Assembly (NCBI GenBank): GCA_963632825.1 | Contig: CAVGWF010000038.1 | Location: forward strand, 25,629-89,628 | Length of the DNA: 64,000 bases | Direction: 5' to 3' | DNA from: Escherichia coli | GTDB taxonomy: Bacteria > Bacillota > Clostridia > Oscillospirales > Oscillospiraceae | Shown here: piece by piece, positions 36,645 to 46,870 of the stretch | How positions within the stretch are numbered: the first letter of the stretch is position 1 | Layout: each line of letters opens with the position of its first letter | Position numbers and translations under genes: made by a program | Notes under the pieces: generated by a model | Seen by the model: the letters and a program-made list of their open reading frames with translations, nothing else | Databases searched by the model: none | Told to the model about the DNA's origin: nothing

Positions 36645-37448
36645 TCAATCCAAGGTGAGATTCCACACAGTGTCCGGAGGCAGGGGATCTCCGTCGTAAG
36701 CGGCAACATACGGCTCGCCGTCAGCGCCGGCACGGCGGATGACGGCGCGTTCTGCACCGAGCAGTGTACACAATGCGGGAACAAACTCCGGCGCGTCGCT
36801 GATCGCTTCCTTGATATACAGTACATTATTTTCTATGTATCCGCAGGCTATGCCGCCTTTATACCCGAAAAATCCTCCGCCGTATTCGTCAAGCAGTGCC
36901 TCCTGAAACAGCAGATAACCATAGTAGAAGCTTATATGCGCGCATCCCTTCAGCAGGTCGTCACGCAGAAAGCCGTATTCATCCGCGTGCATCCTGCGTA
37001 TGCCGTCAACGGTCTGACCTGCGGCGACGGTCTCATAGCCGCAAAATGTTGCCGGCCTGAAGCCGCACCTTTTTTCGTACCATCCGTACAGCGAGCCCTC
37101 GGCGGGCAGGGTGCAGCAGATGTCCGTTGAATCCTCCCAGGCCCTGCGCATACAGGCCTTTGTAAGCTCCATGCCTATGCCATGACCGCGATACGGCTCG
37201 TCAACGCCAACGGCGTATATATAGGCGACCTTTTTTGACGCTCCGTCCGGCAGAAGCAGAAACGCGTCCAGCACATATGCCGCGCCGAACACCTCTCCGT
37301 CGAGCTCCGCGGCAAAGCCGGTGCCCATCGACGGCAGCAGCTCAAAGAACCGTTCGGTCAGCCGCACGGGATCACCGAAAACATTTGACCAGAGCGAGCA
37401 CAGCGAACCGATATCGTCACTGCGGTACTCGCGGATACGACATATCAT
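36645..37448 (-). CDS. GNAT family N-acetyltransferase
   Basis: Acetyl-CoA motif VDEPYRGHGIGMELTKA. The MICRIREY start (ATG 37448) forms an ATGA overlap with the upstream gene's stop. Confidence 0.8.
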   Translation of the reverse strand: MICRIREYRSDDIGSLCSLWSNVFGDPVRLTERFFELLPSMGTGFAAELDGEVFGAAYVLDAFLLLPDGASKKVAYIYAVGVDEPYRGHGIGMELTKACMRRAWEDSTDICCTLPAEGSLYGWYEKRCGFRPATFCGYETVAAGQTVDGIRRMHADEYGFLRDDLLKGCAHISFYYGYLLFQEALLDEYGGGFFGYKGGIACGYIENNVLYIKEAISDAPEFVPALCTLLGAERAVIRRAGADGEPYVAAYDGDPLPPDTVWNLTLD

Positions 37449-38017
37449 TCGTACACCTCCGGACACAGTCTGCGTATCTCGCTTCTTATCGCACGCAGAT
37501 CGGTGAAGGCTTCCGGACGCTTTGCTGCATCGCGCAGCAGTGCCGACGGATGGTATATCGCGCAGCAGCGCCTGCCGCCGACATCAAACCACTGTCCGTG
37601 CTGGCGGGTTATGCGAAAGCCTTCGTCTATTATCGAAGCGGCGGCTATCCTGCCCAGACATATAACGATGCGGGGATTTACTATCTCCATCTGCCGCCGG
37701 AGCCATTTTTCGCAGGCCGCCTTTTCCTCCGGCAGCGGGTCGCGGTTTTTGGGAGGACGGCATTTTACGGTGTTGGCGATGTAGACCTTGCTTCGATCGA
37801 GGTCTATCATCTTCAGCATATCGTCCAAAAGCTGACCGGCTCTGCCGACAAACGGAATTCCCCGCAAGTCCTCCTGCTCTCCGGGACCCTCACCGATGAG
37901 CATAACGGGGGAGGCGGCATTGCCGTCGCCGAAAACGAGCTTCGTGCGCGTCTCGCCGAGCCGGCAGTCAAGACAGCCCGCGCAAAGAGCATTGAGCTCC
38001 TGCATTGCTTTATTCAT
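37445..38017 (-). CDS. Uracil-DNA glycosylase, family 4
   Basis: Fe-S Cys (CAGCLDCRL), motif A GEGPGEQED, motif B HPSALLR. Confidence 0.9.
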   Translation of the reverse strand: MNKAMQELNALCAGCLDCRLGETRTKLVFGDGNAASPVMLIGEGPGEQEDLRGIPFVGRAGQLLDDMLKMIDLDRSKVYIANTVKCRPPKNRDPLPEEKAACEKWLRRQMEIVNPRIVICLGRIAAASIIDEGFRITRQHGQWFDVGGRRCCAIYHPSALLRDAAKRPEAFTDLRAIRSEIRRLCPEVYE

Positions 38018-39210
38018 CAGCTTTCCTCCGAGTCCTTTGCAAGCTCCAAAAGGATCTCGCGTTTGTTGTTGTCGGGGTATTCCATTACATAGTCGAGCAA
38101 AAACTTCAGCATCTCGCCGAGCTCATGACCCTTGAGCCCTATGGAGAGCAGATCGTCGCCGGTAACGGCAAGGTGCTTCAGAGAGAAGCATTCGCCGCTT
38201 TTTAAAACCGCCTTCAGATCCTTTTCGAGGTCGATGCCCATGATAACGGAATATGCCTGCACGGCACAGGTCACGGTGTCAACGCCGTAGCGGTTCAAAA
38301 GCCTTTTCCAGCCTAGACCGTCGGTGGGCGGCTCCGTGCTCAGAAGCGTTTCGGCATCGGTGCAGCAGCGGACGGTTCTGCCGTCGAGCCTGAGCTGCGT
38401 CAAAAAATCCCGCGCGGACGGAATATATCCGTACTTACGGAGCATGATACTGAATGCGACCCAGCGCGACAGACTTTTTCGCGGCATTGCCGCAATGTCC
38501 GCAAGGTTTGGAGTTTTCCAGCCGGCACCCGGTATGTATCGCTTCATGAGCCCGAAGCTTATGGCGGCACTCATGGTCTCTGGACGCGGTGTCAGCAGTA
38601 TTTTTTCTATCTCGTCCCGGACCCTCTCCGGAGCAAGCTCCGATGCAAACGGCGCGCACTGCTCTATGGCCTGCATGGTGGCGTATTCGATGGTAAAGCC
38701 CAGCCGCGCGGAAAACCGCAGTGCACGAAACATACGCAGAGCATCCTCGGTAAACCTCATTTTGGGCTCGCCCACACAGCGGATGGTGCGCCTTTCAATA
38801 TCGCCGACACCGTCAAACGGGTCGGCTATCATACCGTCGGCCGAGAGCGCGATGGCATTCATAGTGAAATCACGGCGGCTGAGATCGGTTATGAGGTCGG
38901 AAACGAAGGTGACCGAGTCCGGTCTGCGATGATCCCGATAGTCGCCCTCCGTGCGGAATGTCGTTACCTCGGCGGTCTTGTTGCCGACGACTACGGTAAC
39001 GGTCCCATGCTTCAGCCCCGTCGGGAGAGAGCCGGGGAACAGCTCAAGCACATCCTCCGGAAGGGCGCTCGTGCAGATATCCCAGTCATTGGGCGCAATG
39101 TCCATTATAACATCGCGCACGCAGCCGCCGACAAGATACGCAAGGTGTCCTCTTGCCTGCAGACCAAACAGTATCTGGCGTATGTATTTTGGCGGGTTTA
39201 TTTTTGGCAT
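38017..39210 (-). CDS. cca: CCA tRNA nucleotidyltransferase (class II poly(A) polymerase family)
   Basis: Head-domain motifs LVGGCVRD and DWDICT, and RRDFTMNA. Confidence 0.85.
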   Translation of the reverse strand: MPKINPPKYIRQILFGLQARGHLAYLVGGCVRDVIMDIAPNDWDICTSALPEDVLELFPGSLPTGLKHGTVTVVVGNKTAEVTTFRTEGDYRDHRRPDSVTFVSDLITDLSRRDFTMNAIALSADGMIADPFDGVGDIERRTIRCVGEPKMRFTEDALRMFRALRFSARLGFTIEYATMQAIEQCAPFASELAPERVRDEIEKILLTPRPETMSAAISFGLMKRYIPGAGWKTPNLADIAAMPRKSLSRWVAFSIMLRKYGYIPSARDFLTQLRLDGRTVRCCTDAETLLSTEPPTDGLGWKRLLNRYGVDTVTCAVQAYSVIMGIDLEKDLKAVLKSGECFSLKHLAVTGDDLLSIGLKGHELGEMLKFLLDYVMEYPDNNKREILLELAKDSEES

Positions 39211-39249
39211 GATTATCGTATCCTATAAAAATAAGTGATATTTTAATTC

Positions 39250-39278
39250 TTGTAATGTGAACCCTACGGTATTATAAT
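39250..39278 (+). promoter_or_regulatory. Sigma-A-like promoter of murC
   Basis: TTGTAA (39250-39255), exact 17-nt spacer, TATAAT (39273-39278). Confidence 0.55.
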
Positions 39279-39342
39279 ATCATTTGCAAAATACAACATC
39301 AACATCAAAATGTTAATAATATGGTAAATGATTGGAGACTAT

Positions 39343-40725
39343 ATGCCTGATTTCAGCGAATATTTAAAGTGCGGCATGAGGGGACATCTCATCGGCATAG
39401 GAGGCGTATCAATGTCGCCGCTGGCGGAGGTGCTGTCGGATGCGGGACTGATCATAACCGGCTCCGATATAGCCGAGAGCGAGCGCACATCGCACCTGAG
39501 AGAAAAGGGCGTTGAGATATTCATCGGTCACGATGCCGGAAATATTACCGATAAGATCGACTTCGTTGTCCGTACCGCTGCCGCCCACAACGACAATCCC
39601 GAGGTAGTGCGCGCCCACGAGCTGGGCATACCGGTTTTTGAGCGTACTCAGGCGTGGGGCGCCATAATGCGCGAATATAAAAACGCCCTGTGCATATCAG
39701 GTACTCACGGAAAAACAACGACTACCTCGATGTGTACCCATATCCTTATGGCCGCGGAAAAGGACCCCACCGTCATGATAGGCGGTACTCTGCCGCTTCT
39801 TAAGGCTGGTCACCGTGTCGGCACGGGCGACACCATCGTCATGGAGTCGTGCGAGTATTACAATTCGTTTTTGTCGTTTTACCCGACCGTTGCGGTCATT
39901 CTGAATATTGAGGAGGATCACCTCGATTTCTTTTCCGGCATAGACGAGATAAAGCACAGCTTCAGGGAGTTCGCCGGCCATGTTCCGGAAAACGGCTATG
40001 TGGTCGTAAATCACGATGACGAAAACACAATGGATGCCGTGAAGGGTCTTGACCGAAATATCGTTACCTTCGGACTCACCTCAAAGGCGGATGTATATGC
40101 CAAGAATATCATTCGCATAGGCTCTCTTACCAAGTTCGATATAATGTATAAGGGCAAATTCTTTGAGACCGTCAGCATCCATGTGCCCGGTGTGCACAAT
40201 CTCAAAAACGCGCTCGCGGCGGCGGCATCCTGCATATGCCTCGGTATAAAGCCAACCGCAATAAAATACGGGCTTGCCGGATTTTTCGGAGCGGGCAGAA
40301 GATTTGAATTCAAGGGCAAGTTCAACGGAGCGGATGTGTATGACGATTATGCCCACCACCCGGGCGAGCTCAAGGCGCTGCTCGATGCGGTCGAGGCACT
40401 CGGCTATAAGCGCACGATCGTTGTTTTCCAACCCCATACCTACACCCGCACCATGGCGCTTTTCCCCGATTTCGTGCGTCAGCTTCGCCGCCCCGATGTG
40501 GTCTATCTTGCGGAGATATTTGCCGCCCGTGAAAAGAATATTCTTGGTATATCTTCGGCAGACCTCGCCGAGAAGATAGACGGGGCAAAGTTTTTCAGGA
40601 CCTTTGAGGAGATAGAAAACGATCTGCGCAAAAATGCACAGCCGGGCGATCTCATTCTGACGGTCGGCGCGGGCAATGTGTACAAAATAGGCGAGCACCT
40701 GCTTGCGGATGACTACGAGACCTGA
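39343..40725 (+). CDS. murC: UDP-N-acetylmuramate--L-alanine ligase
   Basis: GIGGVSMS, ISGTHGKTTTTSM and full-length Mur ligase similarity. ATG 39343 follows a GGAG SD; the track start 39328 is five codons earlier. Confidence 0.95.
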   Translation: MPDFSEYLKCGMRGHLIGIGGVSMSPLAEVLSDAGLIITGSDIAESERTSHLREKGVEIFIGHDAGNITDKIDFVVRTAAAHNDNPEVVRAHELGIPVFERTQAWGAIMREYKNALCISGTHGKTTTTSMCTHILMAAEKDPTVMIGGTLPLLKAGHRVGTGDTIVMESCEYYNSFLSFYPTVAVILNIEEDHLDFFSGIDEIKHSFREFAGHVPENGYVVVNHDDENTMDAVKGLDRNIVTFGLTSKADVYAKNIIRIGSLTKFDIMYKGKFFETVSIHVPGVHNLKNALAAAASCICLGIKPTAIKYGLAGFFGAGRRFEFKGKFNGADVYDDYAHHPGELKALLDAVEALGYKRTIVVFQPHTYTRTMALFPDFVRQLRRPDVVYLAEIFAAREKNILGISSADLAEKIDGAKFFRTFEEIENDLRKNAQPGDLILTVGAGNVYKIGEHLLADDYET

Positions 40726-40739
40726 AACGGAGATACACA

Positions 40740-41372
40740 ATGGAGATAAGCTGGCTGGGACATTCCTGCTTTAAGATAAGTCACAAGGGCTACAGCGTGG
40801 TCATAGACCCCTATGATCTTACAAACGCCAACTACCCGGTGCTGTCAACGACTGCCGATGCGGTGCTGTGCAGCCATGAGCACCGCGGACATAATTACCG
40901 TCAGGGCGTAAGGCTCTCAGGAACGGCTGCCGTGTGCCCGTATGAGGTAAGCGTCATTGATACCTTCCATGACACAAGCTATGGCAGCCTGCGCGGCAAA
41001 AACAAGATACACATTATAAGATGGGACGGGTACAAGCTCGTACATATGGGAGACCTCGGCAGCTTTCTCACGGAAGCGGAAAAAAGCGAGCTGTCCGGAG
41101 CCGATGTGCTTATGATAAATGCCGGCGGCTTTCGTGCAATGCCGAGCGATAAGACAAAGCCTCTGGCGGATGAGCTGTGCCCGAGGGTCGTCATTCCCAT
41201 GCACTATGCCCACGACGGCTGCGGCAGCAGAAGAATGGAGAGGGTAAACGCATTTACCGATCAGTATATGCCGCTGCCGATAGTGCATTTTTACGATACG
41301 AATACTATAACCGTAACGCATGACACACCCGATCAGGTCGCGGTGCTGAAATTTATGCCGGGCGGACGGTGA
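40740..41372 (+). CDS. MBL-fold metal-dependent hydrolase
   Basis: SWLGHSCFKI opening and His cluster CSHEHRGHN. About 210 aa, UPF0173-like architecture. Confidence 0.75.
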   Translation: MEISWLGHSCFKISHKGYSVVIDPYDLTNANYPVLSTTADAVLCSHEHRGHNYRQGVRLSGTAAVCPYEVSVIDTFHDTSYGSLRGKNKIHIIRWDGYKLVHMGDLGSFLTEAEKSELSGADVLMINAGGFRAMPSDKTKPLADELCPRVVIPMHYAHDGCGSRRMERVNAFTDQYMPLPIVHFYDTNTITVTHDTPDQVAVLKFMPGGR

Positions 41373-41392
41373 AATACCTGGTTTTTGCTTAG

Positions 41393-41427
41393 ATCAAGGG
41401 AATTTACACAATTCCCTTGATTTATTT
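41393..41427 (+). terminator. Intrinsic terminator
   Basis: ATCAAGGGAATT tacac AATTCCCTTGAT followed by TTTATTT. Confidence 0.85.
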
Positions 41428-41501
41428 GCCTATGTAGTATATATTTCTAAAGTCCCACAGAAAAATTCCAAAAAACCGTAAACAGTGATCGGAGGCTCCA
41501 A

Positions 41502-43109
41502 GTGGCAAAGGCTAAAGAACAAAACTATCTGCACGGCGCGGCTATAATGACCGCCGGCGTTATTATAATGAAAATACTCGGCGCACTGTATAAGATCCCT
41601 CTCGGGAATATGCTCGGTGACGACGGATACGGTCTGTTTCTGCAGGCCTACTATGTATACAGCGTGTTCCTCACCCTCGCAACGGCCGGCTTCCCCGTGG
41701 CGCTGTCACGAATGATAAGCGCAGCGCAGACGAGAGGACTGCAGATGCAGGCAAGGCGTACTTACCGTGTTGCATGGTGGACCTTCTTCACCCTCGGAGT
41801 TATAAGCTCGACCATAATGTTTGTTTTCCCGGATTGGCTCGCGGCAACGCTTATCCACAGTCCTGACGCGGCATTGAGCATTCAGGCGCTTTCTCCTGCG
41901 GTACTGCTTTGCTGCGTAACGGCTACCTACCGCGGACTTACTCAGGGCTATGAGAATATGACCCCGACCACCGTCAGTCAGATTCTTGAGGTGCTGGCCA
42001 AGGTCGCTGCGGGACTGGCTCTGGCTGCTTACCTGATAAAGGCAGGCTACGACCAGCCCAAGGCGGTTGCGGGCGCTATCTTCGGCGTAACCGTCGGCTC
42101 ACTGGCGGCACTGCTGTACATGATAGTGTACAAAATGCGCAATTACCGCTTTGAAACCGTGTCCGAGCCGGACATTCCCGAAAGCGCCGGCACTATACTC
42201 AAAAACCTGCTGCATATCGGCATCCCAATTGCACTCGGCTCCGTCGTTCTCTCACTGATAAATCTCGTTGATGCAGGTCTGTGCATGACCCGACTTCAGG
42301 ATGCCGTCGGCTACAGCTACTCCCACGCCAACACCCTGTACGGTGTTTACGGAAAGGCACAGACGCTGTTTAATCTGCCGGCTGCGTTTATAACCCCGCT
42401 CACGATCTCGGTCGTGCCCGCAATATCGGCAAAGCTCGTTCTTGACAAGAAGGATGAGGCTGGCAGGATATCCGAGGACTCCCTGCGGATATCCATGGCG
42501 CTGGCTCTGCCGATGGGCATAGGACTTGCAGTGCTCAGCGAGCCGATAATGAAGGTGATCTACCCCGGCGCAAACGAGGCAGGTCCCGCACTGCTGTGCA
42601 TTCTCGGAATCGCTTCGGTGTTCGTGTGCTTTTCGCTCATAAGCACCGCTATCCTTCAGGCTACCGGCAACGAAAAGCTCACGCTTTATTCCATAGTCGC
42701 CGGCGGCATCGTTAAGATAACGGTCAACTGGTTCATTGTCGCCATTCCGTCGGTAAATATCTACGGCGCGGCCATCGGCACCGTTTGCTGCTACCTTACC
42801 ATGTGCGTTATGAATGTGATCTTCATTAACCGCAGGTTCTCCAAGGGAATGTCAATGAAGAATATCGTTCTGCGTCCGGCTGTGCCGAGCCTCGTCATGG
42901 GCGTCATAGCATATGGAGTTTACTATGCCGGAATGACGTTCGCCGGCTCCGGCAGCAAGCTGATGATGGCGGCATTTATGTGCGCGGCCATCCTTGCGGC
43001 GGTCATTGTTTATGCCGTAGCGGTCATTAAGCTGCGCGTTATAACCGCGGAGGATATGAAGCTCATACCTAAGGGCGAAAAGGTCGCAAAGCTCCTGCAC
43101 ATGAGCTGA
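41502..43109 (+). CDS. MOP-superfamily polysaccharide/lipid II flippase-like protein (SpoVB/YabM/MurJ-like)
   Basis: GTG start after a GGAGG SD and about 14 TM segments. The opening NYLHGAAIMTAGVIIMKILGALYKIPLGNMLGDDGYG is typical of SpoVB-type proteins. Confidence 0.8.
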   Translation: MAKAKEQNYLHGAAIMTAGVIIMKILGALYKIPLGNMLGDDGYGLFLQAYYVYSVFLTLATAGFPVALSRMISAAQTRGLQMQARRTYRVAWWTFFTLGVISSTIMFVFPDWLAATLIHSPDAALSIQALSPAVLLCCVTATYRGLTQGYENMTPTTVSQILEVLAKVAAGLALAAYLIKAGYDQPKAVAGAIFGVTVGSLAALLYMIVYKMRNYRFETVSEPDIPESAGTILKNLLHIGIPIALGSVVLSLINLVDAGLCMTRLQDAVGYSYSHANTLYGVYGKAQTLFNLPAAFITPLTISVVPAISAKLVLDKKDEAGRISEDSLRISMALALPMGIGLAVLSEPIMKVIYPGANEAGPALLCILGIASVFVCFSLISTAILQATGNEKLTLYSIVAGGIVKITVNWFIVAIPSVNIYGAAIGTVCCYLTMCVMNVIFINRRFSKGMSMKNIVLRPAVPSLVMGVIAYGVYYAGMTFAGSGSKLMMAAFMCAAILAAVIVYAVAVIKLRVITAEDMKLIPKGEKVAKLLHMS

Positions 43110-43303
43110 TCCGCTGAAAAATTCACGGAACGCTTGCATATCCGGCTTTTTTGAAAAAATGCTTGATAATCTGCGCGATTTGTGATAGATTTGCAAATGC
43201 ACTGCCGTCGGGCAGAAAATACAGTAAATAACCCGAAGATGCGCAATCGGCGCCGCGGGCTATATAGAAAAGGCGTACAGCCGTATTTATAGGAGGATTA
43301 CAC

Positions 43304-43579
43304 ATGAATAAGGCAGAACTTATAGCAGCCGTCGCAGAGAAGACCGGTCTTTCCAAGAAAGACACCGAGAAGGCTGTAAACGCCGCATTTGATACCATCG
43401 TTGAGACTCTGGTATCCGGCGAAAAGGTTCAGATGGTTGGCTTCGGCGTGTTTGATGTCAAGGAGCGCGGTGTCCGCGTCGGCCGTAACCCCAAGACCCT
43501 CGAGGCTATCGAGATCCCCGCAAGCAAGGTTCCCTTCTTCAAGGCGGGCAAGGCTCTGAAGGATGCAGTCGCAAAGTAA
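43304..43579 (+). CDS. hup: HU family DNA-binding protein
   Basis: [51 protein letters not shown]. Confidence 0.96.
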   Translation: MNKAELIAAVAEKTGLSKKDTEKAVNAAFDTIVETLVSGEKVQMVGFGVFDVKERGVRVGRNPKTLEAIEIPASKVPFFKAGKALKDAVAK

Positions 43580-43646
43580 GATAATAAAAACGGTTATTCC
43601 CGCGATACGAAAGTATTGCGGGAATTTTACAATGAGGAGGCCAAGC

Positions 43647-43892
43647 ATGAGACTTGATAAGTATCTGAAGGTATCGAGGCTCATAAAGCGCCGGACCGTT
43701 GCCAACGATGCCTGTGACGCCGAGCGCGTCAGCGTAAACGGCAGGCAGGTCAAGGCAAGCTACCGGGTCAAGGTCGGCGATGTCATCGAGATAGCGTTCG
43801 GCCAGCGCAGACTAAAGGTCGAGGTGCTGAGCATCAGCGAAACGGTAAAAAAAGAAGAAGCCCCCGCAATGTACAGGGAGCTTGAAACCTGA
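43647..43892 (+). CDS. RNA-binding S4 domain protein (YabO/Hsp15-like)
   Basis: MRLDKYLKVSRLIKRRTVANDACD..VNGRQVKASYRVKVGDVIEI. ATG 43647 follows a GAGGAGG SD; the track start 43563 overlaps hup and is unlikely. Confidence 0.88.
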   Translation: MRLDKYLKVSRLIKRRTVANDACDAERVSVNGRQVKASYRVKVGDVIEIAFGQRRLKVEVLSISETVKKEEAPAMYRELET

Positions 43893-43904
43893 AACCGAAA
43901 AAGG

Positions 43905-43938
43905 TACAAAAAAATCCCGTCCGAGGACGGGATTTTTT
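43905..43938. terminator. Bidirectional intrinsic terminator
   Basis: AAAAAAATCCCGTC cgag GACGGGATTTTTT between convergent genes. Confidence 0.85.
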
Positions 43939-43953
43939 GTTGTTTGGTGTGGA

Positions 43954-45084
43954 TTATTTCCAGTCGGGAGCATCGGTGCGGATGTTGGTCCACTGCTCGG
44001 TGATGATGGACTCGTTGCTGATGCCGTTCTTCAGATTGAGGGTCCATGTGTAGTTGTGGGAATTGGTAGCCTCAAGAATATCTGCATAGTACCACGAGGA
44101 GTTGTTGACATCGGGCCAGGTGGTGATGGGATCTGCACAGCTGCTCATGCTGCTGTTGGTAGAGTTGCGGCCGACGAGACGGTTGCTCATCGCGGCAGTC
44201 TGAGCGCGGGTGAGGTAAGCGTCGGGATTGGCATTTCCGTTTCCGTCGCCCTTGAGAATACCGAGCTTTGCAAGAAGGTTGAGGTACTTCTCTGCCCAGT
44301 GACCGTTGATATCCTCGAAGGTGTTGTTGCCGACATAGGATACGGAGAATACACGAGCGATCATTGCGGAGAACTCGGCACGGGTGACATTTGCGTCGGG
44401 TCTGAAGGTGCCGTCCGGGTAACCGGTGATGATGCCCGCCTTGACGAGAGTGCAGACCTCTTTGTTGAACCACATGTCGGATTTGACATCACTTAAGGTG
44501 GAGGTGGTGGACTGGAACTTTGCACGGGTCTCGGGAGTCATCAGACGGTAGAGGATGGTTGCGACCTCGGCACGGGTGATGTTGCCGTCGGGCCTGACGG
44601 TGCCGTCATTGTAGCCGATCATGTATGCAAAGTGATCGGTGTAGTTAAGACCGATGTTGAGAATGGGGTAGAGGATGAGCTTGTCGGCGTCAAGCTTTAT
44701 GCTGAAGGACCACTTGATACCGGGAAGGGTGCTGTACTTCAGACCGGTGATAACACCGTCGCAGGTGGCGGCGACTGAGTATACACCGACGAGGCTTTTA
44801 GGGATAAGAGCAAGACCCAATGCGTTTGCGGTGTAGGAGGAAGCCTCACCGGTGAGGTTGTTGGTCAGTGTTACGGTTGCGTAGCTTGCGGGCATTTTGC
44901 TCATCAGGGAGCAGTAGACCAGATAGGTAGGGATGTCAATGCCGTTTACGCTGTCTACCAGGCCGCCGACGGTGTCGCCGGCATCTGCCGTCTCGACATC
45001 ATCAGCAAGAGCCATAGTCGGCAGCAGCGCAACTACCATCATCACTGCCATAAGCAGACTGATAAGCTTTGTTGACTTTTTCAT
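43954..45084 (-). CDS. SLH domain-containing secreted protein
   Basis: Signal peptide MKKSTKLISLLMAVMMVVALLPTMALA. Three SLH-like repeats (..GYNDGTVRPDGNITRAEVATILYRL.., ..GYPDGTFRPDANVTRAEFSAMIARV.., ..GDGNGNANPDAYLTRAQTAAMSNRL..). Confidence 0.85.
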   Translation of the reverse strand: MKKSTKLISLLMAVMMVVALLPTMALADDVETADAGDTVGGLVDSVNGIDIPTYLVYCSLMSKMPASYATVTLTNNLTGEASSYTANALGLALIPKSLVGVYSVAATCDGVITGLKYSTLPGIKWSFSIKLDADKLILYPILNIGLNYTDHFAYMIGYNDGTVRPDGNITRAEVATILYRLMTPETRAKFQSTTSTLSDVKSDMWFNKEVCTLVKAGIITGYPDGTFRPDANVTRAEFSAMIARVFSVSYVGNNTFEDINGHWAEKYLNLLAKLGILKGDGNGNANPDAYLTRAQTAAMSNRLVGRNSTNSSMSSCADPITTWPDVNNSSWYYADILEATNSHNYTWTLNLKNGISNESIITEQWTNIRTDAPDWK

Positions 45085-45212
45085 TTCGTTTCTCCTTCTT
45101 GAAAAGCGTTTTTTCTGTAGCTATGCATGATAGCTCTCTATACAACTACAATTTACACCGCGCGTTACAATTTGTCAACAAATTGTGATATGTATAGATA
45201 AAATTTTTTGAC

Positions 45213-45920
45213 TTATTGAAGCTGACGGATTATCTCGCGCCTCAGTCGCCCGATTATGCGTTTTTCGAGACGGCTGATGTAGCTCTGCGAGATGCCCATC
45301 ATGTCCGCTACCTCCTTCTGTGTGTATTCACTTCCGCCGCCGAGACCGAACCGCAGGGTGATAATGCTTTTGTCCCTTTCGGCAAGCGAGCCGACGGCGT
45401 TCAGGAGCATCTGACGATCGGCGTCGTCCTCAAGCGGACGGTACACCTCGTCGTCATCGGTCCCGAGAACATCGGAAAGCAAAAGCTCATTTCCGTCCCA
45501 ATCCGTATTCAGCGGCTCGTCAAAGCTTACCTCCGTGCGCTGGTTGCTTATCTTTCGCAGATACATCAGTATCTCGTTTTCGATGCAGCGGGATGCATAA
45601 GTTGCAAGCTTGATGTTTTTGTCGCTGCGGAAGGTGTTTATGGCTTTGATGAGCCCTATTGTGCCGATCGAGATAAGATCCTCGAGGTTTACCCCCGTGT
45701 TCTCAAAGCGTCTCGATATGTAGACGACAAGACGCAGATTATGTTCCGTCAAAATTTTTTTGGCATTCTCGTCGCCTGCCTCCATTGCCGCTATTGCAGC
45801 CTCCTCCTCGGCTTTCACAAGCGGCGGCGGCAGGATGTCGCTGCCGCCTATATAGAAAAGCCCTTTGTCGGAAAGCAGATGCTTATGAAGCCAGTTTTTG
45901 ATAAAATTCAGAATGTCCAT
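45213..45920 (-). CDS. sigE: Sporulation sigma factor SigE (pro-sigma-E)
   Basis: Directly downstream of spoIIGA. Pro-sequence then [12 protein letters not shown] and sigma-70 regions 2-4 ([45 protein letters not shown]). ATG 45920 follows a GGAGG SD. Confidence 0.9.
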   Translation of the reverse strand: MDILNFIKNWLHKHLLSDKGLFYIGGSDILPPPLVKAEEEAAIAAMEAGDENAKKILTEHNLRLVVYISRRFENTGVNLEDLISIGTIGLIKAINTFRSDKNIKLATYASRCIENEILMYLRKISNQRTEVSFDEPLNTDWDGNELLLSDVLGTDDDEVYRPLEDDADRQMLLNAVGSLAERDKSIITLRFGLGGGSEYTQKEVADMMGISQSYISRLEKRIIGRLRREIIRQLQ

Positions 45921-45933
45921 ACTTGACCTCCGG

Positions 45934-46752
45934 TTAAAATATGGAATCAAAGCCGTCTCCGCCGACCGGAGTCGGGGATATCGCGACCACGATATCGTCT
46001 CTCAGAGCACCGTTGAGGCGCACCTCGTCCGGGCGGAAAACGGGAAGCATACCGTGTTGCGTGCCAACGGCGGAGTAGGGGATCAGCCTCAGCCTGCCGG
46101 CGCAGTACTCGTTCTGCAAAAGAAGCGTGCAGTCGGGACTGCCGAGCTCCTTCCTGCAATTCGGAAACAGCGGTGCGAGCTTTTCGCGGCCGGCTATGAG
46201 TACGCCGGAGCCGGTCATGGGATCGTACAGTGCGTTGCCGCTGTCATGCAGACATCTTAAGCTCACCTCATTGCCTGAAAATGAGATGCTTACATCCGAA
46301 ACGCTTATATCTGCGCTTTTTATGCTGCGTCTGAAAACAAAGCTCAAAACGGCGTATATGAGCGCAAACGATATAACGAGCACCGGCATCGAAACGGGCA
46401 GATACGGCGTGCTTCCGATGCTGCCGCCGTCCTGCAGGGATATTGCCCACACCGTCCCCCCGAACAGCACCGATATCGCAAAAAAAGTAAGGCAGCAGCG
46501 CCAGAGCTTTTCCTCGCCGCCATAGGCGATGAGAGCCATTAAAGCTCCGGATATGAGCTTTACCGGCGCAAGAGAGAGAAAGGAAAGCTGCGGCAGCAGG
46601 CTAAGCGCGGCATAGCCCGCGCCGAACACAGCCGAGAGGAGATACTTTATCCGTCTTAGTCTTATCCCGCACAGACGCGCCGTGCACAGCATGAGAAGAT
46701 AGTCCAGTATGAGGTTCAAGGCAAACAGCCGGTCTATGTAGATTATGTCCAT
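45934..46752 (-). CDS. spoIIGA: Sigma-E processing peptidase SpoIIGA
   Basis: [22 protein letters not shown] opening, five TM segments, and aspartic protease motif [11 protein letters not shown]. The start may instead be ATG 46791 (13 codons upstream). Confidence 0.88.
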   Translation of the reverse strand: MDIIYIDRLFALNLILDYLLMLCTARLCGIRLRRIKYLLSAVFGAGYAALSLLPQLSFLSLAPVKLISGALMALIAYGGEEKLWRCCLTFFAISVLFGGTVWAISLQDGGSIGSTPYLPVSMPVLVISFALIYAVLSFVFRRSIKSADISVSDVSISFSGNEVSLRCLHDSGNALYDPMTGSGVLIAGREKLAPLFPNCRKELGSPDCTLLLQNEYCAGRLRLIPYSAVGTQHGMLPVFRPDEVRLNGALRDDIVVAISPTPVGGDGFDSIF

Positions 46753-46798
46753 GGAAAAATTATAAACCGTCATGCGCGCATAATTTGTCATTTGTTAA

Positions 46799-46827
46799 TT
46801 GTCAAATGCGTCGGAGTATGGTAAAAT
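46799..46827 (+). promoter_or_regulatory. Sigma-A-like promoter of the EamA transporter gene
   Basis: TTGTCA (46799-46804), exact 17-nt spacer, TAAAAT (46822-46827). Confidence 0.45.
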
Positions 46828-46870
46828 GCATTAGTTAAAAAGAAATCGTATACGGAGAACGAAAAAAATT

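Noticed and set aside
46752-46830. TTTGACA / AATGACA elements upstream of spoIIGA as Spo0A boxes
   Set aside because: They are only partial matches to TGNCGAA/TTCGNCA. The spoIIGA start codon itself is ambiguous (46752 or 46791), so promoter geometry cannot be established from sequence alone.
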